Shown here: piece after piece, positions 28,201 through 40,200 of the stretch
Position numbering within the stretch: position 1 is the first letter of the stretch
Layout of the letters: each line of letters begins with the position of its first letter
Source of the DNA: Okamejei kenojei
Lineage: Eukaryota
Direction: 5' to 3'
DNA length: 64,000 bases
NCBI GenBank assembly: GCA_035221665.1
Contig: CM069151.1
Span: forward strand, 37,820,001 to 37,884,000
Translations under genes and position numbers: made by a program
Notes under the pieces: model-generated
What the model was told of the DNA's origin: nothing
The model's database searches: none
Seen by the model: only the letters and a program-made list of their open reading frames with translations

Positions 28201-31200
28201 TGTTTGTTTTAGTGGTATGTCTTGTGAGGGGGGTTGTGGACAGGGGTGGGGGGGGGGAGTAAAGGGGGAAACCGTTCTTCAGTCACTTCCTCGACAGAGA
28301 TGCAATTTTTTCGTGTCGCTTCTCCACCTCCGTCGCGGGCCTAACAGCTTGGATTGCAGTGGCCTTTCCTGGAGTAGGGCCCAGAGCTTCAGCAGTGGGC
28401 GCAGCGTGGGCTTTTCCATTATGGAGGGGGGCGGGCCTTTGCCGGGGGTCGCCAGAAAGGAGTGCTCCAATCGCTGGCCTGGTGACTTTGGCATCATGGG
28501 GCTGTGGTCTGCAGAGCTTCTAGCCACGGGCATTGACTTACCATCCGGAGTCTGGGATCCCTTGCCGCAGAACAGCTCCGACCGCCGACCTGCGGCCTAT
28601 AACATCCTGAAGCCGCGGTCTCCGGTAGGAAAGTGGCCGATCCGGGCGCTCCAGCTGCGGAGTGTGTTCGACCGTCCCGACGTCGGTGTTTTGATCATCC
28701 CTATCAGAGGGCCTATACATCTGGCCGTCCGTAGTGGCAACTATGGAGGGTTAATGGCCCCGACCACGGATGGAACGTGGAGGAGGATTGATTGAACTTT
28801 GTTGCCTTCCACCACAGTGAGGAATGCTGTGGTGGATGTATTGTGTTGAATTATATTCTGTATTGTGTATTTTTTTAAGTGTTTCGCTGCCTGGCAAATT
28901 CATTGTGTCATCGTTGGTGCATGTGATGAATAAATTTGACTTTGTCTGACTCACTGAGTTATTCCAGCGCTTTGTGTAATTTTGAGGCACTAAATCGTCA
29001 CTGGCTATTCCAGCACAAAAGAAGACAGTTTGTGGTTCTGGAAGCCAATCATCTCAGGTCCAGGACATCTCTGCAGGGCAGGCGAGAAACCTGACACAAT
29101 GGATCTGTAGATGCTTTATCAATGCGCTTCCATCCATCATAAGATCAGAAGTGAGAATGCCTGTTGATTTCTGCATAAATTAAATTCTATATGCAACTTC
29201 TCAGATAATGTAGCAGACTATTCCAGCACTATCAGACCATTCCAACAGCATCCTGAGTGGGGCACCACTGAGTCTTAATCAAACCAAACACATAAATATT
29301 GAGGTTTCAATGGCCAGACATGATCAAGGACAAAGCCATGTTACCCATTCACCTCCTTAAACATTCATTCCCTCCACTGACGTAATGTGGCTGAAATGTG
29401 TGCAATCCATAAAATGCATTGGAATTTCTTGCCGAAGTTTCTTAAACAGCTTATTTTGTGATGTACAACTAAAATAAAGGCAGTATGTGCATAGGAATGC
29501 CACAACTGGAAGGATTTCTCCCCAAGCCACACATTATCCTGACTTACAAATATATTGTCCTTCCTTCATCATAACTGGACCAAAATCCTGGAACTCCACA
29601 AGCACTGCAGCAGTGCCCAAGGGCAATTAGAGATGGGCAATAAATCCTGGCCTCACCAAACATTCCCACATCAAAGAAACACACAAGACAATTCTTTCTG
29701 TTGTACCGACAGGAAATCTGAACAGAGGACAATGATTCTCAGGAGTCTAAAGAAACCAATTGTCCTTTTACTTTTTCATGGTGATCTTCCTTAATCCCTG
29801 ACATCTTCAGCACAACAACAGGTGCTCTGCTAGGCCACACCTCAAGATGGTGCTTGGACACAAAAGCATATCCAAATGCATTGTGAAATACTGTCCATTG
29901 TATCCTCTTTGCACATTTTCTCTTTGTATGATCAATTAATTGATTACTAACCATTGTCCCTTTCTCGTACACCCACAGTTTGGTTTCACATCCAGTAAAA
30001 ACCTTGTTTAAGCAGCCCTCGTTTAAGGTGCAATGATCAGTGGTTGATATCTCACCACAGGAACAATTCAATCAAGAATAACTGTCAGAAATCACTGAGT
30101 AGCAATTAGATGCAGGAACAACGATTCCTATTTACTTTGCCTAAGATTTCTTGCTTTGAAGAGAGGTTTGTTAAATGTATCCAATGTTGTTAGACCACAC
30201 ATTGGACATAACTTTGACCATTGTTCTTTCTGAAAAAAATATAAAGAATATCTGCAGAAAGTGCAAATTAGAATTATATTAATGGTACCAGATATAAAGA
30301 TTAAAATTAACAGAATAGAATAATAAAGCTTATCTATATATGGTGTTCCAACTATAAGATGGCTACTCAAGTCAGGAACAATGCAGCATAAACAGAGGCT
30401 TGGACAATTTGTGCAAAATTATCTATTTCCGAGCTACACATTCTATGTAAAGGTCAACAGACCCAAGGATCAAGGCTGCAAGTTCCCCATTGAGTATTAC
30501 AGCATGGAAACAGGCCCTTCGGCCCAACTTGAACATGCCAACCAAGATGCCCAATACACGCCAGTCCAAGCAGCCCATATTTGGCTCATATCCTTGTAAA
30601 CCTTTTCTATCCATGTAGCTGTCCAAATGTATTCTAAATGTTGTTGTAGTAGCTGCCTCAACTACCTCCTCTGGCAGCTCATTCCATATACCCAACATCC
30701 TCTGCATGAAAAAGCTGCCCCTCGGGTTCCTTTTAAATCTTTTCCCTTTCATGTTAAACCTTTCATGTGGATCTTGATTCCTCTGTTCTGGATAAAATAA
30801 TCTGTGCATTCATCCAATGTATTCCCCTTGGGATTCGATGTACTATATCCTTTCACTATATACATTCATAATAAAAAGAGAAAATGCTAGATGCACTCAG
30901 CAGGCCAGGCAGCATCTGTTAGTCTGGCCGAAATGATTGAGTGTGAACCTAAGAAACATAGGTAATATAGTAAAGAGTAAGTGGAGGCTGTAAGTAACAA
31001 GAGTGACAGAACCTCCACAACTTTACATTAATGTTTTTTTCCTTTCCAGGCCTCCCAAGTAGATGATCCTACAAAGTACACATTGACAACAGTGCTAATT
31101 CGTGTTTTGGCCCAGAATCACTATCGGCCACGGTTTAATACCACCAAGTATGAGGGATTTGTTCAGGAGCAAACAAACCCATTTGCTGTGGTAGTTACTT

Positions 31201-34200
31201 ACAGCAATAAGCTCTTACTGCTAGAAGCAATAGACCAGGATTTTAAAAATGTGAGTTAAATCATATTTTGTTGTGTATACTTCTTCACTCATGATGAAGT
31301 GTCAGTATTTAAACGAAACATTAAACTGAGGTATTTGCCTGCTGTCAGGGTGCATGTTTAAGATCGCAAGGCAGTTTTCAAAGACTGTAAGGAATTTCTC
31401 CAAGTCTTATATCCAATATTCACCTGATGGAGACTTGGATACTAGAGGGGAGGAAGCAATTATTCAATTGATTAAAACCTTTATCATGTTCAACCTCACA
31501 GAAAGATAGCTAATGTGAACAGATCTTTGAAAAAGCAATCCATTAGGCAAATTCACCTGCCTTTCCCAGAGCTTTAGAACTTTTCTCAAGTACTTTGCTC
31601 AGTTTTGGATTCCATGGGTAAATTGGGCTGAAGCGCTCATTTCCATGCTGTGTGACTCCATGACTAGTGGAGAAATGTTTCAAAAATAAATGGATTTAAC
31701 ATGCTGTCACCTCAACACATTGTAGACTGTGTTAACTAACTTCACCCTTTCTCACATTCGCATATTGAGATACCTCACTATGAATCTTTTATCCTGACCC
31801 AATGCCAAGGCACTTCCAAAAATCCAATCATCTCATTACCATCTATTGCAGCAACAAAATAGTTTATTATCCACCTATCACCTTAAAACATTCCAACACT
31901 GAGATACTTCATCAAGGATTTATAATCTTAATTTATTTGACTCTTTGCAATGCTGAGTTACACGATGATGAACCTTTCACCACTTCAATTGAACTGTTGC
32001 AGTGTTGAGATACATAATCATGGACTTATCACCATGACCAATTTCAATTATAAGATAGTTCTCCAAAACACATTGTCCCATGGAGGTAATGACCAGAGAT
32101 GTTCACAGCCCAGAATTTACTGTCCCGGACTCAGTGAGTGGATCATGGAATGGCAGCAGTGGGGAAATTCAACTATTCACTCTATATCAGTGTGAATGCT
32201 TATTGTTTGAATTTGTGCCCATGTATTACCCCAGGGGAGAAATCCAAATATTGTCTACACCCTGGCATATCGCTCCAATCACACACAGCTGTTCCAAGTC
32301 ACACAGGAAGGACTCTTAATAGCTCGAACAGATCGTCTGCATGCGCATGAGAAATACACGTTGCAGGTAAGGGTACACTCCAGCCTCAGCTCTGAGGTTA
32401 AGACATAAAACATCTTTCTCTACCCCTTTTTAATGCCATTCTTTAATGTCCTCATTTTGCATTAATTTATTACTTGTATGCAATTCAGTGGGGAGAATGG
32501 CAATTTGCTCTCTGTGTGACTCTTTTCATAAAGCATTACAAAGACAATATTGAACTTTGGTTTAACTTGTTTGTACAGCTTGTTGGATCTGACAAAGAAT
32601 CGGGGGACGTGGTCAGCACAAGAGTCAAAGTTGAGATTCTTCATTCAAGTCAGCCAGGTAGGCCTGTCAATAAAATTATAAATCAAGCCTGCTCTCTCAA
32701 TTATAGATTCAATAGCAATTTTAACCATGTAATGATCCCAAAGCAGACCTGTTTGGGAATTATAGGTGATATTAAACTTAAGGTTCCCAAAGCCCTTCAC
32801 CATCAGAGGTTTTAAGAACAATGAACAGGACAGCACATGGACAATCCATTTGGCCCACAGTGTGCCGAACATGATGCCAAGATAAACTAATCTCATCTGC
32901 TTGCACATGATCCATAGAAAAGATGAAATGCAAAGCGGGCCAGAAATGTATAGGTGGTAGCAAGATGTGGAGGAGAGTTCTCAGAAATGATTCAATGCAC
33001 AACACAGTTTCTTTCCTCATCAGTCATTGTGTAACAGGGTGAGTGACCCAGAACTTCCAAGCGAAACTGTACAACCTTATTATCAGCAATAACTGGAGAA
33101 ACACAGAGGATTGGGAACTGGATGTCAAACTATCCCGCATCACCCACCATGATAATAACTATAAAATAAATTATGAACAGATGACTGGTTGGTTCTTTTG
33201 CTTGCACTGGTGCCCAGCCCAGCTCTACACTCATACACTTTGGTGAAAACCCAGTGAAAATGGTATGATCTTTTTCACAGCGACTGCTTACACACAACCA
33301 ACAAATTTGTATACCTCAGAGAAAGGCCATATAGAAACATAGAAAATAGGTGCAGGAGGAGGCCATTTGGCCCTTCGAACCTGCACTGCCATTCATTGTG
33401 ATCATGGCTGATCATCCACAATCAGTGACCGGTGCCTGCCTTCTCCCCTTGATTCTGCTAGCCCCTAGAGCTCTATCTAACTCTCTTTTAAATTCATCCA
33501 ATGAATTGACCTCTACTGCCTCCAGTGGCAGAGAATTCCACAAATTCACAACTCTCTGGGTGAAAAAGTTTTTTCTCATCTCAGTTTTAAATGGCCTCCC
33601 CTTTATTCTTAAACTGTGGCCCCTGGTTCTGGACTCACCCAACATTGGGAACATTTTTCCTGCATCTGACTTGTCCAGTCCTTTTATAATTTTATATGTT
33701 TCTATAAGATCCCCTCTCATCCTTCTAAATTCCAGTGAATACAAGTCCAGGTTTTCCCATCTTTCCTCATATACAGTCCCGCCATCCCGGGTATTAACCT
33801 CGTGAACCTACACTGCACTGCCTCAACAGCAAGGATGTCGTTCTTCAAATTAGGAGACCAAAACTGCACACAATACTCTAGATGTGATCTCACCAGGGCC
33901 GTGTACAACTGCAGAAGGACCTCTTTACTCCTATACTCAAATTCTCTTGTTATAAAGGCCAACATGCCATTAGGTTTCTTCACTGCCTTCTTCACCTGCA
34001 TGTTTACTTTCAGTGACTGGTGTACAAGGACACCCAGGTCTCGTTGCACTTCCCTTTTTCCTAATCTGACACCATTGAGAGCAGCAGCACCTCATATTTT
34101 GCTTAGGTAGTTTACACCCCAGCGGTATGAACTTTGACTTCTCCAATTTCAGGTAGTCCTTGCTTTCTCCCTCGATCCCCTCCCATTCCCACCTCTCCCA

Positions 34201-37200
34201 CAGCCCACTGTCTCCGCCTCTTCCTTTCTTCTTCCCGACCCCACCATCCCCACATCAGTCTGAAGAAGGGTCTCCACCCGAAACGTCACCTATTCCTTCG
34301 CTCCATAGATGCTGCCTCACCCGCTGAGTTTCTTCAGCATTTTTATCTACCTTCGATTTTTCCAGCATCTGCAGTTCCTTCTTAACCATCGAGGTATTAC
34401 TCTGCCTCCATGTTCTTGTCGCCAAACTGGATAACCTCACTGGATAACCTACATTATACTGCATCTGCCATGCATCTGCCTACTCACTCAACATGTCCAA
34501 GTCACCCTGCAACCTCCTAGCATCCTCTTCGCAGTTCACACTGCCACCCAGCTTTGTGTCATGTGCAAATTTGCTAGCGTTACTTTTAAATGTGCTGGTG
34601 TTACTTTCAAGGACTATATGATTTATAGTCCCTTAATCTTCTAGATATCTGATTTTCAAATAGGATACAACTGTACTGCAGATGACTCTTCATATCTTAC
34701 AGAAAATAAAAGCTCCTTTGCACATTTTCAGAAATAGGAATTCCCAATTATATCGCAGGCTAATGAGAGCCACACAGGTTAATAGATCTATTTTGCAGAC
34801 ATTCCTTTAAAACCTTACTTAGCCGTGTGCTTTCTGTTTGGAACATTGCTCAGTCACAATAGCAAGTTCCATAAGTAGATTACAAATGCTGGGTTTGTGC
34901 CAAATTTCCTTCTCTTCTACGTGCTGCTTGAACTTACACGAGTAATGTATAACCAATACGTAGTTAGAATCAAGCCTTCAAATCTGGATGAATAGCCCGA
35001 GGATACAATGGATTTCAGGTGCTTAACGTAGATTGTTGGCCTCTGTAGTACAGAGGTACTAAAGTAACAGCACATGCTGTGGGTACTACATTCTTCACTT
35101 CTTGGAATTATAACCTATTTGTTCTTTGAAGGATTTTGGAAGATTGTTAGTGAAAGAAAGCACACAGGTTTTATGCATTAAATATGATTAACAATGTCAG
35201 TGTTGCCCTCACCCGCACTGGGGCTTAGCAGCAATTTTACACAGACTTCATGGACATTTGACTCCCTATTGCAGCTATTTAAAGTGGTTAAATCTATAAT
35301 CTGATAGCCTAACCTGCCAATTGCTGCACTCAAATCCATGTGAATCTACAGGATAATACTGGCCATATGTTTCCAGGACCTCATAACTGGGTTGTTAAAC
35401 TGGCAAATGTTTAAGTTGTGCTGGTGTTTAAATCGATTTGAATTAACATTTGTTGGAAATAATTCATTTTATTCAATACCAAGGAGCATAGATAATAAGA
35501 ACCACTCTGCAGGTGAGAAACGTACAGAAGGAACTTGTTGCATGTCCTTGCACTAAGAAAATTATAGTCAATCTGACCAGGTTTTTTATGATAGAATAAC
35601 AGGATGGCATAAAAACTATAGCTACGAGAGAGAGATACCAGAGAGGGTAGAACAGAGGGAAGGCAAGCAAGATGGTTAATACAGAAATACAGAGAGAGAT
35701 CAAGAGTAGAAATATTTTAAATTGTAATTATTCACTGTTCTAAATAAACACTTAGCTGCCTACTTTGGACAAGGGCGCATGGAATGTCTCCCTCCTCCTC
35801 ATACATTGTTTAGACCAGTTGCACAACTCACTGTCAATAATGAAAGAGATCATCCCAGAGTATTTCAAAAAAGCTGTCCAAGATTTCATGGTATAGGTGG
35901 TCACTGAAATATGTCAGGATAAATTCATGATCTTGCCTGATCGATGCAATCAGGATGAAGGAGGTGCTTCAATATTGCGAATCCAAACAATGTTGATTTG
36001 AGATTTTTTTGGCTAATTCAGATGAAAATAAAAGATTCCAATGTAATAGGATAAAAAGCAGAATGATTGTCTACAGTCATCATTACGCAAAAAATGTTCA
36101 ACTGCTTCACATGGAATATATTTGCTTGCATAAGGGAATCTTACTTTTGCAGTACCCAAAGCATTGAAATGTGAAGTGATTGTTATAAGAAAACCTACAA
36201 GACTTTTAAATCTAGTCTCTAACAATCTTAACCAAGAAAACTTAATGGAAAATGTGAATATTGGTGATACTCAGCACTTAAAAAAAATACAATAATAAGT
36301 TTGTTTCTAAAGCTATAGCAAGATATTGCTTTGCTTGCAAGTATTAGAAAACACACAACCTTCACAAAATAAACTCTAGCATTTCTCCCAGAACATTAGG
36401 CACATCTTTTATTTTTTTTATTATATAATGCATGGTTTTTCCGTTGATATGCAGTTCCATCTGGACTTGCCAAGGAAAGCAGGAAGTACAGTTCGAAGGA
36501 AATAGGGCTTGTGGGAGGAATCACGGCTGTTTTACTTCTTTTCCTCATATCTGCACTTGTCCTACTCATACATAATGGAAGAGAATGGCACAGGCATCGC
36601 AGACATAGGGGCACAATTGCCATTGAACAAAACACCAATGTGGTAAGATATCTAGATTAAATATTCTATTAAATGGTGCCGACACATGAATGTCTGAACA
36701 ATATAGGATGGTGGGACAATTAAGGGAGATCAATAATTCCTTAGTTCAAGCGAAGTTTGCACTTGATTTGATTACATAATGAGCCTTGGTTTCAACACAA
36801 TGAGGCTGAATGTAATGGATTTTTTGGAGAAATAAGAGAATGTTCAAAAGAGAACTAGCCATTGCAGTATCAAAATTAACAGAGCGTAATTATTTTTTAA
36901 CAGGACTAATATTTGTATTTTATTTTTAACAGGACTATAGTATACAGCACCCTCAGTTTTAATAAGGTCATAACTGAACTTCCACAGTAATCTCAACTTT
37001 TTAAATAATTATTTTTTTGGATATGAGCATCATTGTCAAGGCTTTGCTTTGAGATACTGTAGTAGCGAGGATCCTAAAAAATTGTTACATTCCTTCTGGT
37101 GAAGATATTTGTGGACTAGATACCCCATTATGTCCTAATTCACTTAAGCCCCACAAAAACGATCAATCTACAACTTGAATATTATTTAATGGCTGCAATT

Positions 37201-40200
37201 CTGCAGCATTTAGAATTCCTGTGAATGAGAAAAATATCTTTATCCAAGTGGCTGACTCCAGGGAGTGCAAGCTACAGTTCTATACTCTCCAAATGGGGAA
37301 ACAACCTCTAAAGATATATTCTGTCAAACTCACTAAAAAAAATAATGTGACAAAATAGTGAAGGCAAGTAGTATACATTCATTTAAGGGAAACATGCATA
37401 AGCTGAAAGGAAAGAGGAACTGGGAAATTTTAAGTTGAACATAGAGACTCAAACAAAACTGTAGAGCTAAATGATCTGATTCTATGCAGTACACTATATG
37501 TTTCCTGAATGATTGCTATTTGATTTGCGGAATCTGACTCCAATCTAGCCCATATTAATTTGATGAATCATTTATTTACAACAATTCATTACCTCCAAGG
37601 ACATCAAATCATTTGGATCTAGTTTGCACTTAGCATCATCTTGTCCACATTATATACAAGATACAAGATACGTTTATTTGTCACGTGTACCAATTGGTTC
37701 AGTGAAATGTGTGGTCACCATACAGCCATAGAAATAAAAAAAGAACACAACACACGATTGACTCGGTCTATTCGTCTACCTTGAGTTTACCCATTCACAA
37801 AATCAAAGTCAACAATGCCATTGCGTTCGTATCATTGCCAAGCATGAATATATCTTTCTGTGAACATTACTGTAGTTTTACTTATTTAAAATTCTCACCT
37901 GCCAGAGAATGAATATTGATATATAATTTAGTAGGAAATTAGGTATTAAAAAAGTAACCAGAGTCCAGGGAGAATGGTCTACAGCCATGGATCTCATTCC
38001 ACATATATCAAAGAGTAAGCAATTATCAATTACCATATTTCATGAGACATAAATTTCATAGCTACATAGTTGCAATCTGTTAACTAAGAAAAATGGTTAC
38101 CACTGAATCCAGAAAATAACTAGAAGCTCTTAAGTATCAATGATTAAGTTAACTAAGGTTCAGGTGAAACAATAATTCAGGATAGTTGAGGTTCTTCAAA
38201 CCATGGTAGGAAAATGCAATTGTTTTTTATGCAATCATCCCAGACTGGAAAATAGTTAGTTTGTGATTAATGCTACCTCTGCCATTAACTATGAATTGCC
38301 AATGAACAGTGTGCTATTTGGAGACACAACGCTTAGTGAGAACCAAATTCAATATTTGTGCATGATCAAACAATCCTTTGTCCAAGAATTACTTAAAGTG
38401 CAACAATTCCTCTGATTGGAAAATATGACTTACTTTCTCTCTCTTTCTGTTTTGGCTCATTTTCTTTTTTGTTCACAACTCGGTGTCCTCAGAGCTTAAA
38501 GTGGTTCCAGATGGTGAGTGTGTATTTATTCTCTATTCTTCCAGAGTGTGACAATTATTAGTGATTATTTAGGGGATGTAGTACATCAGATATCTATGTA
38601 TAATTCACCAAATCTACTGGGGCTCTGTGTGAGCTTGGGGGTTGTCCATTATCATGGTTGCTGTCTCGAATGGACTACAAAGGTTCTAATCCTCATTTAA
38701 TCAAAGGATTCAACAGAACATGCCAGAATCAAATTAATTTATGGTGTATTGGTTTTGAAATTATCATCTGCAACAAAATTGTGAACCAAAGTGAATCAAA
38801 AATAAGAGAAGGTCTCACCCTCATCAATAGAATGAATGCTTTAGGGTAAATAATTGAGGATAACAGAATCACCAATGAGATGGAATTGCAGAGGTGCTGG
38901 CAGAGAAAAACTATCTGAGCACTATGTATTTTATTAGGGTTGATCTGCTGCGGCAAAATGCTCTTGTATGGTGAAAAAAATACCAAATGGGAAATCTCTA
39001 TTTGAACACCAATCCAGCTCTCTACACTGTCTTTTGTATTTATGTATGATGATTGCTTTTCCCATAAGGATTCTACAATTTTTCAAATCTCCAAATGATT
39101 AATTTTTCAATAGATTTCTTGATCTATTCTCTCTGTTTGTGAGATTCCATAACTTTATTTCACTTGATGCTTTCATATTCATGGAGCTCTATACAGAAAG
39201 CGTTAATCTGCAACTAACTCATTCCATAATGGTTGAATGTTGAGGAAGCATTCATAAAATGTTGAGCCTGTGCTGTGTATGATCAAGGCAATTTTTACAT
39301 AATGGAGCTCAAGGACAGTGTGAATCTAACTTGGACATAACAGTGATTCATATACCTGTCAATTTCCAAGATAAGAACATTTTAAAAATTGCAATTGGCA
39401 GGAAAAAGAGATAAAATATTCTCACTTAACTTACTTTACCAGCATTTTCTCCTTTGTTTTCTTTCTGCAATTCAGAATAACACCAACAAGACCGTATCAT
39501 CTTACAGTAATCTGGCCTACACAGATGAAATATACAGTATTGGCAAAGAGGAATCAAATAATGAATGTGCCAAAAATAATCTGTGGAGCATCCCAAACCC
39601 ACTACTTGATGCTGCACAAGAACCAGACAGTGTGATCAAATCTGTATTCACTAATGGAAAACTAGTGCAAACTGCTGACTGCATGTCTATGTGTATCAAA
39701 AGTAATTTGGCTAAAGAAAGTCATACCAATATAAAACATCAATGTTCGGAATGTAAGAATGAACAGCACAGAGAAATTGGGGATTTCTCATTAGGAATTG
39801 ATCTGCAATCATCAACCAGAGTAGAGAAGGAGTCAGGAAAGGATAACATGGAGAAGGGGACACAACATGAAAATAAAGCAGATGTTTCTGAATTCATAAA
39901 GGAACCTGCTTTTGAAGAAGCAAGACATTTGCAGACTATGCTAGGAGAAATTGAATGTTCAATACAAGACGAAGACCGGTCAGCAAATTCAGCTGGAGAA
40001 TTAGACCATGTAACTTGTACAGCAGAAGGACAAGAGAACCAAATAACTGAAAAGCAGAAAAAAGTAATGTCCCCACCAGAACAAGAAAACCTAGTGACCA
40101 CACCAGAAGGACAGGCACACATAATATGCTCAGAAACAGCAGGTTCAGTGGATCAAAAGGTAGTGGATCAAAAGGTACAAAATGTAATCACAGTTCATGT

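Noticed and set aside
28190-28795. 201-aa ORF
   Set aside because: Lies inside a GC-rich repeat; no recognisable domain.
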